Of a DNA stretch of 64,000 nucleotides, positions 30,344-41,793 are shown piece by piece (positions within the stretch are counted from its first letter, which is position 1; the number at the start of each line of letters is the position of its first letter). Under the pieces are notes generated by a model that ran no database searches, was not told where the DNA came from, and saw only the letters and a list, made by a program, of their open reading frames with translations. The stretch is from the NCBI GenBank assembly GCA_963840035.1, contig CAWIXE010000001.1, positions 352,001 to 416,000 on the forward strand, read 5' to 3'. Source of the DNA: a candidate division FCPU426 bacterium. Its GTDB lineage: Bacteria > Oederibacteriota > PGYV01 > Palsa-1178. The position numbers were made by a program, and so were the translations under genes.

Positions 30344-30955
30344 TTAAAACATTTCTTTTCTTTCAATTATTGCCTGCCCCAGGGTTATCTCGTCGGCATA
30401 GCGTATATCCGAACCGGTTGGAAGCCCTTTTGCGAGCCTGCTGATCTTTACATTCAGCCCCGCGTCCTTAATGAGCCCTGACAGATATAAAGCCGTGGCG
30501 TCGCCTTCGACGGAATGGTTTATGGCAAGTATGAGTTCGGTTATTGTGTTTCCTTTTTCCCGGATCCTTCCCATTAGCTCTTCTATGCGGAGATTATCCG
30601 GCAGCATGTTGTTTAACGGGTTAATGAGCCCCTGAAGTATGTGGTAGTAGCCCTTAAACTTGCCCGTGCGCTCCACTGTAATGACGTCCTCGGCCGACTC
30701 CAGCACGCATATTACAGTCGCGTCCCTTTCATCGTCGGCGCATATGGTACAAAGGTCCCCTTCGCTGACATTAAAACACTTTTTGCAAAAACGCAGCTGT
30801 TTTATCTCTTCCAGGGTGTTCTTGAATTCATCCAGGTATTCGTGGTCTTTTTTAAGCATATGAAGCGATATTCTTTCGGCCATACGCGGGCCTATGCCCG
30901 GTAGTTTTGATATTTCGTTTATGAGTTTCTGGAGTTTATGCGGATAAGAAAACAT
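30344..30955 (-). CDS. recR: Recombination mediator RecR
   Basis: LPGIGPR.AER, CKKC..CTIC zinc finger, YHIL.G, EGDATA, YADE.TL. Confidence 0.96.
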   Translation of the reverse strand: MFSYPHKLQKLINEISKLPGIGPRMAERISLHMLKKDHEYLDEFKNTLEEIKQLRFCKKCFNVSEGDLCTICADDERDATVICVLESAEDVITVERTGKFKGYYHILQGLINPLNNMLPDNLRIEELMGRIREKGNTITELILAINHSVEGDATALYLSGLIKDAGLNVKISRLAKGLPTGSDIRYADEITLGQAIIERKEMF

Positions 30956-30963
30956 TTAACCCT

Positions 30964-31287
30964 TTAGAACAAGCCGGGAATATTCAGCCCGCCGGCTATC
31001 TTTTTTGATTCCTCATCCATCATGGCCTGAGCCTTGTTCATGGCCTCATTTACAGCCGCTTTAACGAGGTCCTGTAGCATTTCATTGTCCCCTGATGACG
31101 CGAGTTCCTTGTCTATCTTTATATCAAGCACCTCTTTGGCGCCGTTTACCTTTACAGTCACAGCCCCGCCGCCCGCGGAAGCTTCCACTTCTTTTTTCTT
31201 AAGGTCTTCCTGCATCTTTGCCAGTTCCATCTGCATTTTCTGGGCCTTCCGCATCATATCGCCCATATTGCCCATTCCTCCGCGCAT
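30964..31287 (-). CDS. ybaB: YbaB/EbfC nucleoid-associated protein
   Basis: AQKMQ, ASAGGGAV, EMLQDLV.AAVNEA; between dnaX and recR. Confidence 0.93.
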   Translation of the reverse strand: MRGGMGNMGDMMRKAQKMQMELAKMQEDLKKKEVEASAGGGAVTVKVNGAKEVLDIKIDKELASSGDNEMLQDLVKAAVNEAMNKAQAMMDEESKKIAGGLNIPGLF

Positions 31288-31433
31288 AATATTACCTCCT
31301 CAAGTATGTCATCTCGCCTCCACCATCACCCCATTCATTTTCCCTCTCCTTTAAGGAGAGGGCCAGGGTGAGGTGAGCATCTGGTGGCGAGCGTTTGATC
31401 TGCCTTTTTTCCATATTCCCAATTACCCATTCC

Positions 31434-33143
31434 CTACTTCACGTTTTTCTTTACCTCAACGCTTGATACCTTGAAAATTGTGCTCAACTGTTTCACTACC
31501 GGGTGGTTCTTGGCTTCTTCCTCCGCCACTTCATGCTTTGCCTTGTGCTTTAAATTATATTCGCTTTTTTCAAGTATGCTCAGCGAGAAATCCCTTTTCA
31601 GTTCCTCTTTTAGAACTTCTTTAATCGCGTCTGAATGTTTTTTCAGTATGTCCGTAAAAAATTTATTCTCGCCGGTTATCAAAAGCGCCGGCTCGGCATA
31701 CGACACGACTCCTGCCGTTGTCATGGACTGGGCAAGCTCTTCCAGGTCCTGCTTGCCCTTTATCCTTTCAATTATTGAGTCCCAGTGGTGCTCTATGACT
31801 TCCCTGGTGACTTTTAATATCTTCTCTTCCTCCACTATCTCGTCGATTAACATCGCGCCACCCTGGGGTTTTTCTTCCTCAGGTTCTTCCGCTTTTATTT
31901 CAACAGGCGCTGCCGCTTCCGCGGTTTTAACCGGCGCAGGCGCCGCCTTTATTTCAGTTTTTACGGGTTCAGTTTTTGCCTCAATTTTTTTTTCAGCGGG
32001 TTTTTCCGGCAGGCGTATTTCCGCTGCCGCGGCGCCCGTGCCCAGGGAAAATATCATGTCAGCCGCCATGGCTTCCATTACTATGGCGGGCATTGACGTC
32101 CTGGAAAGGAGCTGTTCCGAATCAAGGGCTTTCTGAAGCATATAAAGTATCTCTTCCTTTGTGACAGCGGCTGTAAGCGATTTTAAAAATTCATATTCCA
32201 CGCCTGCCGCCTCTATTGTTTCCCTGCTGTCTATTGTTTTAATAATCAGCATTGACCGCAGCGACTCCACAGTATCCTCAAGGAACCTCTTTAAGTCATA
32301 TCCTTTTTCAAAAACGGATTCCATGGCTGCCATCGCGGCTTTTATATCTTTGCTCATGATTCCGGCTAAGAGCCTGTTTAAAAGATCAGTATCTATCTCT
32401 CCGAGCATTTCCGCGGCCATGGCTGTCGTGATTTGTTCGCCGCGCGCGTAAGTCACTGCCTGGTCAAAAATCCTCTGGCCGTCGCGAAGCGCGCCGTCAG
32501 CGGCCCTTGCCACCATGTAAAAAGCCTCTTCCTCGCATGAGACATTTTCCTTGGACGCTATCATCTTTAAATTTTCAACTATCAGGTTTACCGGCATCCT
32601 CCTGAACCTGAAGTGCTGGCAGCGCGAGAGTATTGTGGCCGGTATGTTCTGCGGGTCAGTGGTGGCGAATATGAATATGACATGCTTGGGCGGCTCTTCG
32701 AGCGTTTTTAAGAGCGCGTTAAAGGCTTCCTTGGTTAACATATGGACTTCGTCTATGATGTAAACTTTATACCTTGAATGCGCCGAAGCCAGGCCTATGT
32801 GTTCCCGGAGTTCCCTGATTTCGTCTATGCCCCTGTTTGAGGCTCCGTCTATCTCTATTACATCCAGCGAATTTCCCTCGACAACCGCCACGCATGACGG
32901 GCAAACGTTACACGGGGTTACGGTCGGCCCTTTTACGCAGTTTACGGCCTTTGCAAAGACCCTGGCCGTTGTGGTCTTGCCGACGCCCCGGGGCCCTGAA
33001 AAGAGGTAGGAATGCATGATTCTGCCCTGTTCTATGGCCCTCTGAAGGGGTTCCGTGACCTGTGTCTGGCCTATTACGTCCTCAAAAAGCTGAGGCCGCC
33101 ATTTTCTGGTATATACGAGGTACTTATTATCGTTGTCGCTCAA
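31434..33143 (-). CDS. dnaX: DNA polymerase III subunit gamma/tau
   Basis: RKWRPQ, GPRGVGKT, IDEVHML, LLKTLEEPP, ILSRC. Confidence 0.97.
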   Translation of the reverse strand: MSDNDNKYLVYTRKWRPQLFEDVIGQTQVTEPLQRAIEQGRIMHSYLFSGPRGVGKTTTARVFAKAVNCVKGPTVTPCNVCPSCVAVVEGNSLDVIEIDGASNRGIDEIRELREHIGLASAHSRYKVYIIDEVHMLTKEAFNALLKTLEEPPKHVIFIFATTDPQNIPATILSRCQHFRFRRMPVNLIVENLKMIASKENVSCEEEAFYMVARAADGALRDGQRIFDQAVTYARGEQITTAMAAEMLGEIDTDLLNRLLAGIMSKDIKAAMAAMESVFEKGYDLKRFLEDTVESLRSMLIIKTIDSRETIEAAGVEYEFLKSLTAAVTKEEILYMLQKALDSEQLLSRTSMPAIVMEAMAADMIFSLGTGAAAAEIRLPEKPAEKKIEAKTEPVKTEIKAAPAPVKTAEAAAPVEIKAEEPEEEKPQGGAMLIDEIVEEEKILKVTREVIEHHWDSIIERIKGKQDLEELAQSMTTAGVVSYAEPALLITGENKFFTDILKKHSDAIKEVLKEELKRDFSLSILEKSEYNLKHKAKHEVAEEEAKNHPVVKQLSTIFKVSSVEVKKNVK

Positions 33144-33174
33144 ATTATTCTCCTGTTGTTATTGTATGGTTCTG

Positions 33175-33230
33175 TAGTGGCAATTCATGAATTGCCGATC
33201 CTTCCCTGGGCGATTCGTGAATCGCCCCTA
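33175..33230. repeat. Compact GTAG-REP doublet between ffs and dnaX
   Basis: GTAG-TGGCAATTCATGAATTGCC ... GGGCGATTCGTGAATCGCCC-CTAC. Confidence 0.8.
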
Positions 33231-33256
33231 CAAAAACAATGCTCATTTTTAAATAA

Positions 33257-33353
33257 AGCCGGGTATCCGATAACTCCTTCCGGGCATCCGGTACCGTTGC
33301 TTCCTTCCGGACCTGGCGGGGTTGCGGAGCCGGCAAGCGCATCAGACCCGGCC
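33257..33353 (-). ncRNA. ffs: Small signal recognition particle RNA (4.5S)
   Basis: Minus strand contains CCAGGTCCGGAAGGAAGCAACGG (domain IV motif) inside a long GCCGGGT...ACCCGGC stem; canonical position upstream of dnaX. Confidence 0.92.
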
Positions 33354-33380
33354 TTATTTTGTTTGTTTTGTTTTTATATT

Positions 33381-33492
33381 GTCATTGCGAGGAACCGCAT
33401 TTGTTCTATGGTGACGAAGCAATCTCTGTATTTTACCAATAGAACAGGGATTGCTTCGTCGGCATATTACTAAAACGCCTCCTCGCAATGAC
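33381..33492 (+). repeat. GTCATTGCGAG...CTCGCAATGAC palindromic element
   Basis: Highly similar to the copy at 20071. Confidence 0.9.
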
Positions 33493-33539
33493 AATAAGCT
33501 CCCTGAAATCATACAGTATACTTTTTATATGGTCAATGT

Positions 33540-35426
33540 TTATTTGTTTTTTGCCTTTGTTATATAGCCGAAGGCCATAAGTATCGCGGCGAAATATACC
33601 AGTGCCATGATATCCATTACCGGCGGGTTTTTGGCAAACGACGGGAATATCCACAGCAGTATTTTATCCGCCGAGCCTATTGCCGCGTATATCTTTTCTT
33701 TTGAAACCGCGTAGCGCAGCGGCGGAGCCGCCATCATGGCAAATGAAGAGACCAGCGTTACCCCGAGCATAATCATAAATGTTTTTGTCTTCTGGAATCC
33801 CATGGCGTCCATAAAGTACGCGTAAAAGACAGCCCACATCATGGCCATGGGCACCATCTGCCTGGCCGGTATCATGGAGCCTGTCCAGTCGCTCCAGAAT
33901 AAAAAGAGGCTGTAATACGGTATGGTAAAGGCAAATACCAGCAGCAGCCTGAAATTTTTCCTCTGCCACGCCAGCATGACGCCCCACAGGGATATGATGA
34001 AAAGCGGATTGTAGATAAATAGCCCGTAATTCCTGTCAAACATCATGGCAAAAAAAGACTTTATCGCGTTCCATAAATCAAAGACAAAAAAGTAAGAGGT
34101 GTTCTCGTGTATGGATTTTATCCCTGACAGGGCAAAAACCCCGAATACCGAGTAATAATAAAATACAAAAAGGCCCCCTATAATTCCAAGCGTTGCGTTA
34201 TTTGCAATTTCCGACGGGGCTTTGTATGCTTTCTTCCTCCAGGTCACGGCATAATACGCGGCGTAAAATATAAGCGACATTATGGCCAGCTTTGAGTGGA
34301 GCCAAGTCATGCATCCGATGCAGGCAAAATAAATTATTGAGGCGCCTTTGACCCTTATACCCGCCAGGTCAATCTCATAAAAACCCTCATTTTTTTCATA
34401 TATGGAATAAATATACGCCGCGCAGTACAGGATAAGTATTGCGGCGGGTATTTCCGTTAACGCGAGCGAAGAGCACATAAGCACGGGCGACGTTATGGAA
34501 AATATCATGGAGGTAAATACCGCCGCATTATTTTTAATGTTAATTTTTATAAGAAAAATAAATAACAATGCCCCGAGGAACGCGGTTAAGGCGTTCATCA
34601 GCAGCCCCACTCCCAAACGTCCGCCGGCTTTTAGAAACGGCGCCATGAGGAAGGATACTCCGGCGTTATGCGTGGAATAAAGCCCTGTGCCGCCCCTGCC
34701 TTTTGTATTATGGAGGTTCTCATATTCCAGCTCCACCGGGTAAAAACTTTTATATGTCTTTCCCGTCACATACTGGTTTTCAAGGTTTACATCCAGGTCG
34801 TCTCCCAGACTTTTGGCTATTGTCAGGTAATGCGGCTCATCACCTGTAGGGGGGTAAATCACCGTAACCCATGATGTGGTCACTGCCGTAAAAAGGAATA
34901 TTCCGAGGAATATCATTTTTGCGGTTTTTATCGCGCCGAATTTTTCCGACGCGTCATGCGTCATCTTTATAAAACGTATCATTATTGGAAAACAAAGCAG
35001 CATTATGATAACGGATATCGCTGTCAAAATAAAATAACCCGAAGCCGTGAAATGTGTAAATCCCCCGGCCGGCTTATAAACCCAGCCGAGCACTTTCAGG
35101 TCAAGTGTAGATAATCTGTCGTTTAGTTTAAAGAAAACCGGCAGTAAAAGAAACGCAAGCGACGGCAGGCCGAATATAATGGAGTTTGTTTTCATCTCGT
35201 CGTGCGGGTCGGTCCCGAAAACCTTCATGAACGCGGCTGAAATAAAAAGCCATAGTATTGAAAAAAGTATTGAATAGGAAATTATGGATAAACAAAGGCT
35301 GCCCGGGTTTATGGCTGATACCAGAAAGGCCTTATCCCCGGCCATGGACGCGGCTATGTATGCGTAAATACCTGTTATTCCGCCTGATAAGGCAGGCAGG
35401 ACCGGATACAGCGGGTTGTTTTTCAT
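33540..35426 (-). CDS. Polytopic membrane protein, possible GT-C glycosyltransferase
   Basis: Many hydrophobic segments; GDEPHY loop motif, EIPAA, GLF..NP, PAR; start taken at MKNNP. Confidence 0.6.
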   Translation of the reverse strand: MKNNPLYPVLPALSGGITGIYAYIAASMAGDKAFLVSAINPGSLCLSIISYSILFSILWLFISAAFMKVFGTDPHDEMKTNSIIFGLPSLAFLLLPVFFKLNDRLSTLDLKVLGWVYKPAGGFTHFTASGYFILTAISVIIMLLCFPIMIRFIKMTHDASEKFGAIKTAKMIFLGIFLFTAVTTSWVTVIYPPTGDEPHYLTIAKSLGDDLDVNLENQYVTGKTYKSFYPVELEYENLHNTKGRGGTGLYSTHNAGVSFLMAPFLKAGGRLGVGLLMNALTAFLGALLFIFLIKINIKNNAAVFTSMIFSITSPVLMCSSLALTEIPAAILILYCAAYIYSIYEKNEGFYEIDLAGIRVKGASIIYFACIGCMTWLHSKLAIMSLIFYAAYYAVTWRKKAYKAPSEIANNATLGIIGGLFVFYYYSVFGVFALSGIKSIHENTSYFFVFDLWNAIKSFFAMMFDRNYGLFIYNPLFIISLWGVMLAWQRKNFRLLLVFAFTIPYYSLFLFWSDWTGSMIPARQMVPMAMMWAVFYAYFMDAMGFQKTKTFMIMLGVTLVSSFAMMAAPPLRYAVSKEKIYAAIGSADKILLWIFPSFAKNPPVMDIMALVYFAAILMAFGYITKAKNK

Positions 35427-36130
35427 TTTATCTTCTTCTGGTCGTCTGTTTTTTTCCTGTAATGGCTCCACGGCTTTGAGCCAAGAACATACACCCTTAC
35501 TTTTTTCCTTCCCCATTTCAGGGCTTCCTTTGTGGTGTTATAGCACAGGTCTATCCTCTTTCCTTTAATATCGCCGCCGGTGTCGCCGGCCCATGCAAAG
35601 CCGTAGCCGTCAACGTATATAAGCGAGCGCAGCGCGATTATCCTGGGGTCCACAGCCGCTATGCCGTAGCGCGTCCTCCAGCCAAGCGCGGTAATGCCCG
35701 CCCATTCCACCCCGTTTGACTCGGGGGACGGGTCATACGCCGTGGCTTCCATGTCATATGTATAATGCGCGTATGTTTCCTTAGGGACGGTGACGGGGTT
35801 TGTTTTTTTTGAATGACCCAGGACAAGCATGGCTTCAACGGGTTTTTTCAGGACGCCTGTTTCAAATATTATATTTTGCTTTACCGGTATTCCGGCAAAT
35901 GAAAAATTTTCAGTCACCGCGTTTTTATACCCGGGGGAGCCTTCCTTAACCCATACTTTCCAGCCTTCCTGAAGGAATCCGCTGTGTTTTTTCTTTATTT
36001 TATACTGGATCGACTGCCTGCCTATAGAGTATGAGGATGAGGAAAACATGGCAAACAAGGACGTACCAAGCCACAAAACCAGCATGACAGCGCAGGCAGC
36101 TGTTATAAATGACCTTTCTTTTTTTTCCAT
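35423..36130 (-). CDS. 3D-domain (lytic transglycosylase-like) membrane-anchored protein
   Basis: ATAY, G.TA.G, AVDPRII.L, DTGG.IKGKRIDL, WGR. Confidence 0.88.
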   Translation of the reverse strand: MEKKERSFITAACAVMLVLWLGTSLFAMFSSSSYSIGRQSIQYKIKKKHSGFLQEGWKVWVKEGSPGYKNAVTENFSFAGIPVKQNIIFETGVLKKPVEAMLVLGHSKKTNPVTVPKETYAHYTYDMEATAYDPSPESNGVEWAGITALGWRTRYGIAAVDPRIIALRSLIYVDGYGFAWAGDTGGDIKGKRIDLCYNTTKEALKWGRKKVRVYVLGSKPWSHYRKKTDDQKKIK

Positions 36131-36139
36131 GACTTCCCC

Positions 36140-37207
36140 TTAAAAAAGCATCTTTCTTGTCTTTACCGAATATATATTAAACAATCCTGTTTTCCCTTTT
36201 ACTTCCACAGGCGGCAGCACGTCAATCTCTATCATATGTTCCATTATCTTGTATATGTCATCTGATATAAGCACCTGCCCGTTTGCCGCTTTGCTGCAGA
36301 GCCTGCTGGCAAAATTAACCGTATCTCCTATTACAGTATACTCCATGCGCTCTTCGCTGCCGATATTTCCGGCTATAACTTCGCCCCTTGCCAGCCCGAT
36401 GCCGAGCCCCAGGTTAAGGTCCGGTATCAGTTCTTTTTTCCACTTTTCCATGAGCACGGTAAACTGCGCCTGAATGTCGATGGCGGATATTATGGCCTTA
36501 TCCGGATCCGAATAATCCCTGTATTTTGCCTGTTCCTCAAAAACCGCCATAACAGCGTCACCGATATATTTATTTACCCTGCCGCCGTTCTTGTCTATCA
36601 TTTTAGTGGCCATGGAAAGGTAGTCGTTAAGTATTGATATTACCTTTGCCGGCTCATAAGTCTCGGTAAGCCTGGTAAACCCCCGCAAATCGGAAAAAAA
36701 TACTGTCATTGTCTTCTTTTTTCCGCCGATGTATATCTCGCCTATGCCCCTTCCGTCTATTTCTTTTTTCAGGTGCGGGTCGAGGTAGGTTTCCACGGTC
36801 CTGGCGAATTTGTCCTTGTCCTGCTTTACAGTAACAAAGGCCTGAATGAAAGAATCAAAAATATTAATGATGTCATGATATGTATGCTTAAAACCCATGC
36901 TTTTATGCGGCTTGAATTTTATAGGAAGGAGTTCCTTTGACCTGAGTTCCTTTACCAGGTGGGAAAGCACGTGCTTTGAAAAAACGCCGAGCATTGACAT
37001 TACGAAAAAGTAAATGAGTATCCCGAAATATACAATTCCCATCACCGAGATTGACGCTATGTCCACCCACGGCTCTATTTTCAGGAATTTGTTTATGGTG
37101 GAGGTGACAAGGCTGTTTAAAGGGACATAACCGAAAGCTATCAAAAGCCCTATTATGACGCTTGCAAGAAAGATCCCGGTTACAGGAGCCTTTGCTTTGC
37201 GTGACAT
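36140..37207 (-). CDS. Membrane-anchored class III adenylate cyclase
   Basis: FSDLRGFT, KYIGDAVMA, EYTVIGDTVNFASRL, VKGK; two N-terminal TM segments. Confidence 0.92.
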   Translation of the reverse strand: MSRKAKAPVTGIFLASVIIGLLIAFGYVPLNSLVTSTINKFLKIEPWVDIASISVMGIVYFGILIYFFVMSMLGVFSKHVLSHLVKELRSKELLPIKFKPHKSMGFKHTYHDIINIFDSFIQAFVTVKQDKDKFARTVETYLDPHLKKEIDGRGIGEIYIGGKKKTMTVFFSDLRGFTRLTETYEPAKVISILNDYLSMATKMIDKNGGRVNKYIGDAVMAVFEEQAKYRDYSDPDKAIISAIDIQAQFTVLMEKWKKELIPDLNLGLGIGLARGEVIAGNIGSEERMEYTVIGDTVNFASRLCSKAANGQVLISDDIYKIMEHMIEIDVLPPVEVKGKTGLFNIYSVKTRKMLF

Positions 37208-37890
37208 GTCAGCGCTTCCTGAATAATGAATAAAGCTTCTTGATTGAGAAGCTCCTTAAAATCCCTGACCTTCATATCCGCGCCTTTGATGTCGTGGCTT
37301 GTGTCCCTGTTTATGGCCACGCACCTTATTTTGGCGTTTACCGCTGCGTCAATGCCTATCTGGGCGTCCTCAAAAACCACGCAGTTCTCCGGTTTAAGGC
37401 CGAGCCTTTTAGCGGCGGTTAAAAATATGGACGGATGCGGCTTGCCGTACTTTAAGCTCGCGCCCTCCACCTCAGCGTCAAAATAAGGGTATATGTTCAC
37501 CTTTTGAAGTATCGGCCTGGCGTTTTTACTCGATGAGGCCATGGCCAGCTTGAACCCTTTTTTCTTGAGGAGTTTTATAAAGTTGAGGGTGGATTTAAAA
37601 ACTTTTATTTTTCCGGTTTTTAAAATTTTTTCAAACTGCACCTGTTTTGCCGCGCATATCTTTTCTATCTCGGAATTAGGCAGGTCGGGCATGATGGTCT
37701 TCGCGCCTTTGGCGCGCGGCTTTCCGTCAACCTTGCTTTTAAAATCCTTAAATGTAAAATTAACGCCGTAATTTTTCAGGACAATTTCCCATGATTTGTG
37801 ATGGATGTGCGCCGTGTCGACTATTACGCCGTCCACGTCAAATATTACACCTTTAAAATCAGCTTCGCTTCCAGCATGCTTCCCGGTCAT
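37180..37890 (-). CDS. HAD hydrolase, beta-phosphoglucomutase family
   Basis: IFDVDGVIVDTA..H, ASSSKNA, GKPHP.IFL, VFEDA. Confidence 0.88.
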   Translation of the reverse strand: MTGKHAGSEADFKGVIFDVDGVIVDTAHIHHKSWEIVLKNYGVNFTFKDFKSKVDGKPRAKGAKTIMPDLPNSEIEKICAAKQVQFEKILKTGKIKVFKSTLNFIKLLKKKGFKLAMASSSKNARPILQKVNIYPYFDAEVEGASLKYGKPHPSIFLTAAKRLGLKPENCVVFEDAQIGIDAAVNAKIRCVAINRDTSHDIKGADMKVRDFKELLNQEALFIIQEALTCHAKQRLL

Positions 37891-37906
37891 TTTTACTGCC
37901 TTCCCG

Positions 37907-38569
37907 TCATACGCAGAGTTCTTTTAAGCGCTCAAGGTCTGTTATGACAAGTTTCCTGTTTTTGGCCTGAAGAAGGCCGTCGTCTTCCATTAATTTAAGA
38001 GTCCTGGTCGTGGTCTCGCGCGTTAAACCGGCTAAGTCCGCTATCTCCTGATGGGTAAATTTCGTGCTTTTTATATCATCCGCCAGGTCAAGCATGACGC
38101 TTGCTATCCTGGCCCTGGCATCGCCTAAAGCAAGGTTTTTAATGTCCCTGTCCGCCTTGGCAAGCCTCTCAGAGAGTGTCTTGATGATTTGCATGGGTAT
38201 GGATGGTTCCTGCTTGATAAGCGTCTCAAAATCTTCCTTTGAGATGCTCACCGTTATGACATCCTCAATGGCTTCCACGGTGGCCGACCTTACGTCTTTT
38301 GTGAGTATGGCCATCTCGCCGAAGCTGTCGTTTTCCCGCAGGATTGCGAGTGTCTTTGTCTTTCCGTCCTTATTATATTTTGTTATTTTAACTTTTCCCT
38401 TTTTTATAAGGTGCAGCGTTTCGCCGCTATCGCCTTCTGAAAAAACAATATCGCCCTTCCTGAACTTATTTTCCCGCGACTGCCTTGCGATAAGCGCCAG
38501 CCCTTTTGTCGATATCTCTTTGAAAAGCCTTGTTCCCTTTAAAAACGGGATAATGTCTTTAATGGCCAT
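37907..38569 (-). CDS. Crp/Fnr family cNMP-binding transcriptional regulator
   Basis: FGEMAIL....RSATV cNMP pocket; THQEIADLAGLTRETTTR HTH. Confidence 0.92.
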   Translation of the reverse strand: MAIKDIIPFLKGTRLFKEISTKGLALIARQSRENKFRKGDIVFSEGDSGETLHLIKKGKVKITKYNKDGKTKTLAILRENDSFGEMAILTKDVRSATVEAIEDVITVSISKEDFETLIKQEPSIPMQIIKTLSERLAKADRDIKNLALGDARARIASVMLDLADDIKSTKFTHQEIADLAGLTRETTTRTLKLMEDDGLLQAKNRKLVITDLERLKELCV

Positions 38570-38640
38570 AAAGCTCCTTAACAACAAATTTTCAATTTTC
38601 TATTTTAAATTTTCTATTAAAATCAATCAGCTTCAAAGCA

Positions 38641-41511
<2,871 letters not shown>

Positions 41512-41515
<4 letters not shown>

Positions 41516-41793
41516 TGCCTCATCCTGCATATGATTTCCGTGACGGTTTCTTTCCTGAAATAATTGTTAATTTTCTTCATTAATGCCCGTTTTTTATATG
41601 TTATTTCACTCATTATAACACTATTCTCAGCGTAAATAAATAGTTTCTTTTTATCGTATTTAAAAGGCTTTGTGCCTTTTGCCAGCATGCCAGCGACCGC
41701 GTCCCATTTATCAAATATTACCCCGCCGGCGTCCTCCTTGCCTATCTCGTTTTTCTTAAGGAAACCTTCCAACAGATTTTTAATATGGTCCAT
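41512..41793 (-). CDS. dciA: DUF721 / DciA-family helicase-operating protein
   Basis: I..LL, W..VAG, L.I...NS....E......L..KIN pattern; location in the dnaA-gyrB region. Confidence 0.7.

Noticed and set aside
31339..31376. Intrinsic terminator between dnaX and ybaB (CCCTCTCCTTTAAGGAGAGGG hairpin)
   Set aside because: No U-tract on the transcribed minus strand; more likely a remnant of another palindromic repeat family, single copy here so not called
33145..33342. 65-aa ORF upstream of dnaX
   Set aside because: Overlaps the SRP RNA and a REP doublet
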